Source: an uncultured Nitrospiraceae bacterium
Lineage (GTDB): Bacteria > Nitrospirota > Thermodesulfovibrionia > Thermodesulfovibrionales > UBA6898
Length of the DNA stretch: 64,000 nt
Assembly (NCBI GenBank): GCA_963811165.1
Contig: CAWEQH010000010.1
Span: 384,001-448,000, forward strand
Direction of reading: 5' to 3'
Under the pieces are notes generated by a model that was given only the letters and a program-made list of their open reading frames with translations, was not told the DNA's origin and did not search any database. Position numbers and translations under genes: made by a program. This document shows, in pieces, positions 11,257-20,386 of this stretch. Within the stretch, counting starts at the first letter, position 1, and every line of letters begins with the position of its first letter.

Positions 11257-11754
11257 CTATTCCCTGACCATATCGACGACTTCGTCTATCTTCTTTGCGG
11301 AAAGTTCACCTATAACCTCGTTATTCACGGTGACGACAGGAGCGAGGCCGCAGCATCCGACGCAACCCACAGTCTCTAGGGTCATTGACATGTCCGCGGT
11401 CGTCTCCCCTTCTTTCACATCGAATTCCTCTTCAAGCTTCTCGATAACTTTTGAAGCGCCCCTCACATGACATGCAGTTCCCACGCAGACGCATACGATG
11501 TTCTTGCCTCTGGGCTTAAAATAGAAGTGTTTGTAAAAGGATGCGGTACTATAAATTTCGGCAAGAGGGATAGTAAGGTTCTTCGATAATTCCCTGAGCT
11601 TTTCCTCGGGCAGATAATTGTGCTCCTTCTGTATTTCCTGAAGCGCGTGTATAAGAAAGCCCCTGCTTTTTTGTCCTTCATTCAGGGCATCGCCTATCAT
11701 TTTATAGTGGGCATCTATGGTCAATTCCTCAGTCTTAAACTCAGTCTTCATCAC
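11257..11754 (-). CDS. NuoE/HydC-like [2Fe-2S] subunit
   Basis: CVGTACHVRG, CVGCC. Confidence 0.93.
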   Translation of the reverse strand: MMKTEFKTEELTIDAHYKMIGDALNEGQKSRGFLIHALQEIQKEHNYLPEEKLRELSKNLTIPLAEIYSTASFYKHFYFKPRGKNIVCVCVGTACHVRGASKVIEKLEEEFDVKEGETTADMSMTLETVGCVGCCGLAPVVTVNNEVIGELSAKKIDEVVDMVRE

Positions 11755-11759
11755 GCCTC

Positions 11760-12070
11760 CTCATCATCAAAATATATTTTTTAGTGATGGATAACCAACC
11801 ATCGAATTTAGAAATTAAATAACCACGCGCTGTTCCAGATGACCTAAGACGGTAATTCTTGACAATTCATAGACTTACGGCCGGCCAGTTTAAAACTCTA
11901 ACACAATTCAATCTTCAAGTGTTATTGTATTATTTTATTTATTTATAATTATAATAAATGATAATTAACCCATAATAATAGTTTATCGTTTACTTGCAAA
12001 GAAGAAACTCTCTCGTTCTTAATCCCCACCAACGACCATACCGTCTAATTGGTATCAGTTATGATAAACA
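11760..12070 (-). promoter_or_regulatory. AT-rich upstream regulatory region of the nuoEFG-like operon
   Basis: Markedly AT-rich non-coding stretch upstream of the nuoE-like start (GGAGG RBS near 11757). Confidence 0.5.
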
Positions 12071-12134
12071 AATGGAATCGTCCGCCAAGGGGAGCGGAAA
12101 ATGATGGCAATGTGAGAAAAATCGGGCAGAAACT

Positions 12135-12764
12135 TTATGGTTCTATCATTACGAGTGTAACCAGCATCGCAAGGGACCAAACGATGTCAGAGAGGCCTAT
12201 CTGAAGGTCACAGGTGGAATCGAAGAGCAGATCCGCCCTGGCCTGAAATTCCTCATCTTCAAGCCATAAGATCAGAGTAATCGGTACCCTCGGAAGAGGG
12301 GAGAGAATCAGGGAGGCATCTCCATAGCTCGCCTCCACAGCTCCGAATTCAAGGCCGCGCTTGATGAACTTGTCTTTGTCTCCGCCATAGATAGCAGCAA
12401 CCCGGTCAAGTGGCAGGAGATGGGTGCCGGTGAAAAAACGTTGTCCTCCCTTGACGTCGATAGGCCTGATGAGCCTGCCGGTAGAATGGATGTCCTTTGC
12501 ACTGGACAAATACCAAAGGAGAGATAGTCTGAAAAAATCCTTGAACTTATCGAGGAAGATAATGCTCTTTGGAGAATCGCTGTATATTTCTCTCTCACTC
12601 ACAGAAACACAAAAATCGATCCCGAACGATTTTATTATATAGAGCCCTTTCTCCTCGTCATGTCTCACAGAGGCCCTCCGACAGGCGTCTTTCACAGGCA
12701 GGTCCGCGAGGATTTTCCAGGCTTTATCCTCTCCGTTAACGGTCTTTATAGGAACAAGCTCCAT
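12135..12764 (-). CDS. DUF3786 domain protein
   Basis: GG..FF.G.H, PLPRVP...ILW..DEEF.A...LLFD pattern; family often lies near acs clusters. Confidence 0.8.
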   Translation of the reverse strand: MELVPIKTVNGEDKAWKILADLPVKDACRRASVRHDEEKGLYIIKSFGIDFCVSVSEREIYSDSPKSIIFLDKFKDFFRLSLLWYLSSAKDIHSTGRLIRPIDVKGGQRFFTGTHLLPLDRVAAIYGGDKDKFIKRGLEFGAVEASYGDASLILSPLPRVPITLILWLEDEEFQARADLLFDSTCDLQIGLSDIVWSLAMLVTLVMIEP

Positions 12765-12927
12765 TATTTTATTCCCTCTGTAATATATAATACAGTGTAT
12801 AAAAGAAAGTATAAATTCACGGTAGACTGATGAGTTTACTTATGATATTATAAGTAAAATTAATCAATTTATCCATCCCTTAATAGTTTTTTGTCCCTAG
12901 TTGATTCTAGGCAGAAGGAGGTAGAAC

Positions 12928-13791
12928 GTGTACAAGATTCTGAAAAAGGAGGTCCTCAGTGATGTGACGAAACTCATGGACATTGAGGCGCCTCATGTTG
13001 CCAGGAAGGCGAAGGCAGGACAGTTCGTCATTGTCCGCATCGACGAGCAGGGAGAAAGAATACCATTGACCATCGCCGATTACAGCCGGGAAGCAGGGAC
13101 GATAACCATCATATTCCAGGAAGTCGGAAAGTCGACCTCTCACCTTGGCAAACTCCAGCCCGGAGACTCGATATCAACCTTCGTTGGGCCTCTCGGGCAT
13201 CCGACAGAGATTAGAAACTACGGTACCGTCATCTGTATGGGAGGCGGAGTCGGAGTGGCACCGATATTTCCCATAGCACGTTCGCTCAAAGAAGCGGGAA
13301 ATGAGGTCATATCAATCATTGGTGCGCGCAACAAGGATCTCTTGTTTTGGGAAGACAAGATGAGGGCAGTTTCCGACGAGCTAATCGTCTGCACTGACGA
13401 CGGTTCCCACGGCAGAAAGTCTCTCGTTACAGAACCTTTGAAGGAGCTCCTCGAAAATCAGAGGAAGAAAATTTCTCATATTTGGGCTATTGGCCCGGCG
13501 ATAATGATGAAATTTGTCTCCCAGACCACAAAACCATTCAATGTGCCCACTACTGTCAGTCTTAATACAATCATGATAGATGGGACCGGCATGTGCGGCG
13601 GATGCCGAGTGCTTTTAGAGGACGGCGCCCAGTTTGTATGCGTAGACGGTCCCGAATTCGATGGCCACAAGGTGGACTGGGGCAATCTTCTGTCACGCCT
13701 CCAATTCTACAAAGAAGAAGAGCGAAAGGCGATGGAGCATTGGGAACACAAATGTAAACTTGACGCTGCCGTCGCAGAAGGGAGTAAGTAA
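12928..13791 (+). CDS. nfnA: NADH-dependent reduced ferredoxin:NADP+ oxidoreductase small subunit
   Basis: GQFVIVR, ERIPLTI, GPLG, DGTGMCGGCRV...CVDGPEF. Confidence 0.9.
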   Translation: MYKILKKEVLSDVTKLMDIEAPHVARKAKAGQFVIVRIDEQGERIPLTIADYSREAGTITIIFQEVGKSTSHLGKLQPGDSISTFVGPLGHPTEIRNYGTVICMGGGVGVAPIFPIARSLKEAGNEVISIIGARNKDLLFWEDKMRAVSDELIVCTDDGSHGRKSLVTEPLKELLENQRKKISHIWAIGPAIMMKFVSQTTKPFNVPTTVSLNTIMIDGTGMCGGCRVLLEDGAQFVCVDGPEFDGHKVDWGNLLSRLQFYKEEERKAMEHWEHKCKLDAAVAEGSK

Positions 13792-15233
13792 TGGCTGAAC
13801 TCACTCAAAAGGATCGCTTGAAGATAAAAAGGCATGACATGCCTAACCAGACCCCTGCGCAAAGAAGAGCAAATTATGTGGAGGTCGCCCTCGGCTATAC
13901 GAACGAAACAGCGATAGAGGAGGCAGAACGCTGTCTTCAGTGCAAGGACCCTCATTGCGTCAAAGGATGCCCGGTCGGAGTACTCATACCTCAGTTTATA
14001 AAAGCCTTGCGGGAAGGAGACATGATCAAGGCTGTTGAATGGATGAAGGTGAAGAACAACCTTCCCGCCATCTGCGGCAGGGTATGTCCCCAGGAGGTAC
14101 AGTGTGAAGGCAACTGTATCCTGGCAAAAAAGGGAGAGGCAGTCGCAATAGGCAGGCTGGAACGTTTCGTTGGCGACTATGAGCTGGCCCATCGCACCTG
14201 TCCCCTCATAAAGGCCCCGGCAACCGGCAAACGCGTGGCTGTGGTCGGATCAGGCCCCTCAGGTTTGACCTGCGCAGTCGATCTCGGCAGAGAAGGTCAT
14301 GACGTCACCATATTCGAATCTCTCCACGGTCCGGGCGGAGTTCTTGTCTATGGCATTCCCGAATTCCGTCTCCCTAAGGCAGTGGTGCACGGAGAGATCA
14401 GTTATGCGGTAGAATGTTTGGGAATAACAATTCAGAAAGACCATGTCATAGGTCGTACATTCACTCTTGACGAACTCCTTTCCGAATATGATGCAGTGTT
14501 CCTCGGCACAGGGGCGGGCCTGCCTTCCTTCATGCGCATACCGGGCATAAACCTCAACGGTGTAATGTCTGCAAACGAATTCCTGACCCGTGTCAATCTT
14601 ATGAAGGCATACCGTTTCCCTGAATTCGATACCCCGGTAAAAGTGGGAAAAAAGGTTGCTGTCTTGGGTGCAGGCAACGTGGCGATGGATGCTGTCCGTT
14701 GCAGCCTTCGGCTGCAGACCCTCCAGGCCCCCGAAGGCGATAAGAGAGAAGCCCATATTGTCTACCGCCGCTCACGTGATGAAGTTCCGGCAAGGGCGGA
14801 GGAATTCCATCATGCCGAGGAGGAGGGGGTAATCTTTGATTTCCTTACCAATCCGGTGGAGATACTGGGCGACGATAAAGGGAATGTCCGAGGCCTCCGC
14901 TGCATACGCATGGACCTTGGAGAGCCCGACAAGTCCGGGCGGAGACAACCGGTGCCGATCAAAGGATCGGAATTCGAGATGGAAATGGACACGGTGATCA
15001 TGGCTCTCGGTACAAGCCCTAATCCTCTTGTCTTCATTGATGCCGAAGGTCTCGAACGCACGAAACATGGTACGGCCGTAGCCGACCTGGAGTCCGGCAG
15101 GACTAAGAAGCAACGCGTATGGGCAGGCGGAGACGTAGTAACAGGCGCTGCCACAGTCATAAGCGCCATGGGTGCCGGCAAACGAGCAGCGGCAGATATT
15201 AACAAGTTTCTTAAAGGAGAAATAGCCTGGTAA
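13791..15233 (+). CDS. nfnB: NADH-dependent reduced ferredoxin:NADP+ oxidoreductase large subunit (GltD-like)
   Basis: RCLQC...CVKGCPV, CGRVCPQE.QCE, GSGPSG, YGIPEFRLP, YRR; translationally coupled to nfnA. Confidence 0.9.
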   Translation: MAELTQKDRLKIKRHDMPNQTPAQRRANYVEVALGYTNETAIEEAERCLQCKDPHCVKGCPVGVLIPQFIKALREGDMIKAVEWMKVKNNLPAICGRVCPQEVQCEGNCILAKKGEAVAIGRLERFVGDYELAHRTCPLIKAPATGKRVAVVGSGPSGLTCAVDLGREGHDVTIFESLHGPGGVLVYGIPEFRLPKAVVHGEISYAVECLGITIQKDHVIGRTFTLDELLSEYDAVFLGTGAGLPSFMRIPGINLNGVMSANEFLTRVNLMKAYRFPEFDTPVKVGKKVAVLGAGNVAMDAVRCSLRLQTLQAPEGDKREAHIVYRRSRDEVPARAEEFHHAEEEGVIFDFLTNPVEILGDDKGNVRGLRCIRMDLGEPDKSGRRQPVPIKGSEFEMEMDTVIMALGTSPNPLVFIDAEGLERTKHGTAVADLESGRTKKQRVWAGGDVVTGAATVISAMGAGKRAAADINKFLKGEIAW

Positions 15234-15494
15234 TAGGAATCGATTTTTCACCCGAATAAGGGTAGGACTGGGAACTCATAAATCGATAATTATCAGGCCA
15301 TATCATCAATTAAACTTCAAATTGACGGCAGGAAACTTTTTGTGTTAGATATAAACAAGAGGATGGTTTTTGCGGAAGAATGCGAATGCGGCCGGATTGC
15401 CGAAGGTGAGGATTTGGGCGGTACGGTTTTTTTGTCACGATGCGACTGTTTTACAGCTGTTTGATGAAAATAATCAAACAGGAAGGGAGGAAAC

Positions 15495-15923
15495 ATGGTT
15501 ACCGTACGGAGGCTTCTGGAATTAAAGGAAAAGGGGTTCTGGACCGTTGCACCGGATGTGACTGCTTATGAGGCGCTGCAGATTATGGCAGACAGGGATG
15601 TCGGCGCATTGCTGGTAGTAAGCGAGAGAAACCTATTAGGGATATTCACTGAAAGAGATTACTCGAGAAAGGTGGTCTTAAAAGGGAAATCTTCAAAGGA
15701 AACGCCGGTCAGCGAACTTATGACAAGGTCGGTGATTTGCGTAGCGCCTGATGATACGACTGACCAGTGCATGGCGATCATGAACGACAAGCATGTCCGA
15801 CATCTGCCGGTTTTGGAGTATGGCAAGCTTGCTGGAATTGTAAGCATCCGAGATGTGGTGAACTTGATCATTGCCGAAAGGGAAAAGACCATACAGGATC
15901 TTGAGCAATACATCAGTAGCTAG
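15495..15923 (+). CDS. CBS domain-pair protein
   Basis: VGALLV..GIFTERDY, VRHLPV..GIVSIRD; GGAGG RBS. Confidence 0.92.
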   Translation: MVTVRRLLELKEKGFWTVAPDVTAYEALQIMADRDVGALLVVSERNLLGIFTERDYSRKVVLKGKSSKETPVSELMTRSVICVAPDDTTDQCMAIMNDKHVRHLPVLEYGKLAGIVSIRDVVNLIIAEREKTIQDLEQYISS

Positions 15924-15983
15924 TTCAAAACCTTTCCCTCTCGTCTTGGGATAGGCATAGATTCAATCCGCCGCCGACTGCGG

Positions 15984-16030
15984 ACTAAAAAAGAGGGGAC
16001 CGTCTCTGAGACGGTCCCCTCTTTTTTAGT
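15984..16030. terminator. Bidirectional intrinsic terminator between the CBS gene and cooS
   Basis: Perfect 23-bp inverted repeat ACTAAAAAAGAGGGGACCGTCTC-T-GAGACGGTCCCCTCTTTTTTAGT with A/T tails on both sides. Confidence 0.9.
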
Positions 16031-16044
16031 CTTTCCTATCTCTC

Positions 16045-18048
16045 TTAATAGATGCCCATATGGGGCTTGGCAGCTTTTTCGATATCGCGTCTTGCAGCCA
16101 TATCCATGAGTACCTTCTCGGTCCCGAATTTACCCGGCTCGTACTTCCTCAGCTTGAGGGCGGTCCTTGCCTTGTCAATATAATCGAGCGCAAGCGCCAG
16201 CATCTTCTCCGGGTCGGGCTCGAAATGGATTGCACCCCTGTAACGTTCGAACCAGACCTCGGTCATAATCCTTGTGACCTCCTTGCTCGCCTCTACCGGA
16301 GACCCGCCGCCCAAGATAACTGGAATGCCCGAAGCCGCACAGTACATGCCGATGGCCACTGCCTTCTCGGTTACCCACTCAGGTGCGATGCCTACCGCCG
16401 GCATACCTCCGATCTCGTCGGAAAGTCCGCCTTCCGCAGCCATTGCGCTTGCGATGGTGAGGATTCTCGTATTGTCAACACAGGAGCCAAGGTGAAGGAT
16501 GGGAGGAATACCGATAGCCTCGCAGACCTCTCTGAGTCCCGGACCGGCGTTTTCAAGCGCATTTTCCGGTGTGAGATAGCCGGCACCCGCGAATGCCGCA
16601 GAACTGCAACCGGTGGAGACGATAAGCACATCGTTTTTGATCAGTTCTGTTGCAAGAAATTTATGGACGCCTGTTGAAGGGAACCTCGGGTTGTCGCATC
16701 CTACGAGTCCGACAACACCCCTGACCCTGCCTGCAGCGATCGCATCGTTAAGAGGCCTGAAAGAACCGCGCCACTTTCCGCCCTGCATGTATTCGATGTA
16801 CTCGTGAGAGAACCCTGCAATGGCCGGAACCCGGGCCGTAGTGTGACTTCCCTTCGTCGTACGGTTGGGGTAATTGTCTATCGCCATCATTACGATCTCT
16901 CGTGCCACTTCCTTTGCCCTATGCTCGTCGAAGGCGATGTGGATAGCGCCGGGGATTTTGACCTTTTCCGAAGTGGTTATAACCTTGGTATGGAACTTCT
17001 TCGCCACGCCGACGATGGCCGGCATGATACACTGGATATCAACAGTAAAGGCATCGATGAGTCCGGTCATAATGGCAGGCTCCTGGTTCGTAAATCCTCC
17101 GGCTGTCGGTATGCCATGCCTCATAAGCACTTCATTGGCCGTGCAGCACAAGCCGCCGACATTAATCCCTTTGGCGCCCTTTTCCTTTGCATGAGCAATC
17201 ATGGCGGGCTCACCGACGACATCGATGATCATCTCGGCAAGAGAAGGTTCGTGACCGTGGATTACAATATTCACTTCGTCTTCCTTGAATATGCCAAGGC
17301 TCGCCTCAGCTTTCACCGGCATCGGGGTGCCGAAGAGGATATCGGAAATATCGGTAGAAATCATACTGCCGGCCCACCCGTCGGCCAAAGAGCACCTCAG
17401 TGCTTGGGCAAGAATTGAATCGGGGTCCGCGTCCATTCCCATAGTCGTCCTGTCCATAGTCTCTGCAATCTCCCGGTCGCAACCCCTCGGAGTGACTCCA
17501 TATTTTTTCCATCTCTCCTGGGTCTTCTTGGGTGCGCGCACAACATAACTTACTTCTCCCTTCTGCCTTCCAAAGTCCTCCATGAACCTGGTAGCCACAT
17601 CCTTGGCGACATCCAATACGGGTCTTCCTTCAAATTCGATATTAAGTATGCCCGCAACCCTATACAATTTTCTCACGTCCTTGATCTGGAAATCCTTGGC
17701 CTCACCCTGGGCAACCGCAAGAAGGGTGAAGACCATATCTCTTCCGTGGTCGCCGTGACAAGCAGATCCTCCTGCTGCCATCCTCGCAATATAGCGCGCT
17801 GCAACCGTAGAAAGGTCTGCACCGCATACACCTTTTGCAAACTTTTCGGCATCCTTGCCCGTCAGCCTGCAGGGACCCATATGGCAACTCTTACAGCATG
17901 CACCACTATGCCCGATGGGACAGGGCTTCATCTTCTCGGCCCTGTCAAAACAGGTCTCGCACTCTTCAAGCATGCCCCACTCAAGTATGGCCTCGGCAGC
18001 CGGCTCTGCGCTTCTTACTCTTTTTTCCTTTTTCTCTTCCTTACTCAT
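16045..18048 (-). CDS. cooS: Anaerobic Ni-Fe carbon monoxide dehydrogenase catalytic subunit
   Basis: CCxxCxMGPC, HGHEP, GLCCTANE, VDIQC, GC, TGC, GSCVDN, EKA motifs. Confidence 0.96.
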   Translation of the reverse strand: MSKEEKKEKRVRSAEPAAEAILEWGMLEECETCFDRAEKMKPCPIGHSGACCKSCHMGPCRLTGKDAEKFAKGVCGADLSTVAARYIARMAAGGSACHGDHGRDMVFTLLAVAQGEAKDFQIKDVRKLYRVAGILNIEFEGRPVLDVAKDVATRFMEDFGRQKGEVSYVVRAPKKTQERWKKYGVTPRGCDREIAETMDRTTMGMDADPDSILAQALRCSLADGWAGSMISTDISDILFGTPMPVKAEASLGIFKEDEVNIVIHGHEPSLAEMIIDVVGEPAMIAHAKEKGAKGINVGGLCCTANEVLMRHGIPTAGGFTNQEPAIMTGLIDAFTVDIQCIMPAIVGVAKKFHTKVITTSEKVKIPGAIHIAFDEHRAKEVAREIVMMAIDNYPNRTTKGSHTTARVPAIAGFSHEYIEYMQGGKWRGSFRPLNDAIAAGRVRGVVGLVGCDNPRFPSTGVHKFLATELIKNDVLIVSTGCSSAAFAGAGYLTPENALENAGPGLREVCEAIGIPPILHLGSCVDNTRILTIASAMAAEGGLSDEIGGMPAVGIAPEWVTEKAVAIGMYCAASGIPVILGGGSPVEASKEVTRIMTEVWFERYRGAIHFEPDPEKMLALALDYIDKARTALKLRKYEPGKFGTEKVLMDMAARRDIEKAAKPHMGIY

Positions 18049-18130
18049 AAATTACCTCCATCTTTTAAATCCCGGTCTCCTTTCCCATGCATCCAGAAAT
18101 GATCCGGAACCATGTTTGTGATAACGCGGT

Positions 18131-20329
18131 TTATAACATCGGCTCCATTTCAAGGGCAGGATGACCGACCTTCGTCAAGTGTTCAAGAAGCTTTTCTGAC
18201 TCCTCGCATACGCTCTCGTCCGCTATCTTGTCAAGGAGATCGGGGACCCCGGCCTCTTCAGCTCTCTTTTTGAAGTCCTCGGCAATCCTCTCTTTCAATG
18301 ACTTAGGCATCCAGACGATCCTCTTGATGCCGCCGTCCCCAAAAAGGAACTTCTTGCTCGCCACGAAATTCACTCCTACACCCATAAACCCCGGGGTCTG
18401 GGCGCCGCCGCCGACGGTGCCCGCGAGGGTGGAGAACTTCATGCCCACAGGTGTCATTCCGGTATGTCCCCTGTGCACGAGCATGACGCCGTTTGCCTCA
18501 GGGATGATTGCGATAATGCACTCGAAACATCCGCAAGAGGTCATAGGGTTTTCCATGAGCGTATAGAGATTCATTGTTTCGACAGCTCCCCCAGTAGCCT
18601 TTTTCAGATACTCATCGGAGCCGCTATAACGTCCATACCGCGAATCCAGGCACTCGCCCTTAGCGATCGGCTGGTTTCCGCCTGTTGGATCGATCTCATA
18701 TGCCGCCTTTCCGTCAAGCCAGTTGTATGCGCCGCAGAGCCCCAGTCTCTCAGGCGTAATCACGCAGACATGACTCGGTGCAAAAGACTGGCAGAGGAGG
18801 CAGGAGTAAAATGTATCAACCGCTTCGTCGGTAAGGCTCCCGAGCCGCTGGTCTCGTTCCCTGTAGGCCTGGCGAGCATGCCCAAGATGCTCCTTGACGT
18901 CCTTATCGTCAATGAAGAGCGTTACCTGAACCTTGTCCACAATGGACCTGAACCGGTGATGGGTCATCGCGGCATTCAATATGCCAAGGTGTTCGAGGGT
19001 AAAGCCATCTTTCTTAGCGTTGTTGCTTATCCTTACCCAGTTGATATCCCGCTGGCCCATATGCCAGACACCCTGGGCCTCGTTGATGTTTGAATGGATC
19101 TTCCTTTCGATGACCGACTCGAAGTCCTTCTGCATCTTTCTGCCCGCGACATCAATGAGCATGCCCAAGGGTAGTTGACCGCCCTTTTCAAACCGCTCTT
19201 GCCAGTTTTCGCCGACAATGATGACCTTATTGTCCTCGATCTCGTCCATCTCCCTCATCCGCACCCACTCAAAAGCAGCAGTCCGCTGTCCGCCGAATTC
19301 AATAAACGTATCTTCCTTCCTGATCCGTTCTCCTTCAAAGGCGGGGCCGAATGCAACGGGGATCGGCGGTTTTTCGACCGTTATTTTAAGACCTCTCATC
19401 TCGATCGCCTTCTGCACGATCTTGGTATGGTCGAACTCCTTATCGACTTCCTCATAGGTGCATACGCCGGTGGGATGGATGACGGGAATGTCCGTATCCC
19501 CAATTGCGGGGAATCCCATATTGATGGCGCCCGCGCCCGTGGACCACTTGATATCGTCGAGTTCGCCGAGCACTATTGCAAAGGCGAACACCCTGTCCTT
19601 CTGGTACTTAAGATGTTCTTTGAAATCGCCGGGTTTCTTTCCGCCAAAGATAAGGGACGCCCTTATCGCCCAGTCAAGGGCATAGAGCGTATGTTCAGTG
19701 TCTGGACCAAGGGGCACTATTCTGGTATCCCAACCGAGTTCCACTCCCTTTCTCAGAAGCTGTTTCGTCACGCTGTCCCCTTTGGACTGGCCTGAGAGAA
19801 AGGTCAGTATGTTCTTCCCCTGAAGTTCCCTGCAGATATTTACCGCAATGTCATCCGTCGGTGCGGCTCCTAGGATTGCAGCAAATCCCGGCATTGTGCC
19901 GTCAACGAGCTGGATGCCGAGGTTTCTCTGGATCGTGTCGGAGATAAAACCATTATAGACGTATCCGGTTTCAGGGTCCTTGCAAGGTTCGAGACCTTGT
20001 ATATACCTGAGGGCCAGCAGAATCTCCTCTGCAAACAGAGTTCCCATGCCCGAATCAAGGGCTTCGCCGAGATACGGTTTCCAGATATTTTCATCCGGCA
20101 CGTCATGGAGCAGTTCTTTGGCAAATCCCAGAGCAACGTTCATGTCGCCGAGGGTCTTTACCGGAAAACCGGTCATTGCATAAATCATGGGAAGATGAAA
20201 GGCGGTATCCGGAAATTCGAACGCAAAATCCTTTCCCTTTTCAGCCATCGTCTTCTGAAGCAGATCCTCTGCCTGCTTGACCAGTTTGTGCGTACCTTTA
20301 ATAACTGCGGTCGCTATTAACTTGGACAT
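18131..20329 (-). CDS. acsB: Acetyl-CoA synthase (bacterial type, with N-terminal domain)
   Basis: SCLLCQSFAP.HVC...GLCG, PMTSCGCFE A-cluster motifs; FPDTAF N-terminus. Confidence 0.96.
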   Translation of the reverse strand: MSKLIATAVIKGTHKLVKQAEDLLQKTMAEKGKDFAFEFPDTAFHLPMIYAMTGFPVKTLGDMNVALGFAKELLHDVPDENIWKPYLGEALDSGMGTLFAEEILLALRYIQGLEPCKDPETGYVYNGFISDTIQRNLGIQLVDGTMPGFAAILGAAPTDDIAVNICRELQGKNILTFLSGQSKGDSVTKQLLRKGVELGWDTRIVPLGPDTEHTLYALDWAIRASLIFGGKKPGDFKEHLKYQKDRVFAFAIVLGELDDIKWSTGAGAINMGFPAIGDTDIPVIHPTGVCTYEEVDKEFDHTKIVQKAIEMRGLKITVEKPPIPVAFGPAFEGERIRKEDTFIEFGGQRTAAFEWVRMREMDEIEDNKVIIVGENWQERFEKGGQLPLGMLIDVAGRKMQKDFESVIERKIHSNINEAQGVWHMGQRDINWVRISNNAKKDGFTLEHLGILNAAMTHHRFRSIVDKVQVTLFIDDKDVKEHLGHARQAYRERDQRLGSLTDEAVDTFYSCLLCQSFAPSHVCVITPERLGLCGAYNWLDGKAAYEIDPTGGNQPIAKGECLDSRYGRYSGSDEYLKKATGGAVETMNLYTLMENPMTSCGCFECIIAIIPEANGVMLVHRGHTGMTPVGMKFSTLAGTVGGGAQTPGFMGVGVNFVASKKFLFGDGGIKRIVWMPKSLKERIAEDFKKRAEEAGVPDLLDKIADESVCEESEKLLEHLTKVGHPALEMEPML

Positions 20330-20386
20330 TCTCCAACCTCCTGGTTGTTAATATTTATCTATTATATACTATAAAAAGTATATTTC

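Noticed and set aside
6254..11754. Respiratory complex I nuoEFG, [FeFe]-hydrogenase or formate dehydrogenase
   Set aside because: No membrane nuo genes, no H-cluster motifs and no Mo-ligating Cys/Sec.
13791..15233. Glutamate synthase small subunit (gltD)
   Set aside because: No gltB nearby, and it is coupled to an NfnA-type gene, so NfnB fits better.
15356..15460. Lysine riboswitch (AGAGG, GCCGAA, TTGGG, ACTGT words in order)
   Set aside because: Spacing is too short, the stems cannot be built, and the downstream gene is unrelated to lysine; an Rfam scan would settle it.
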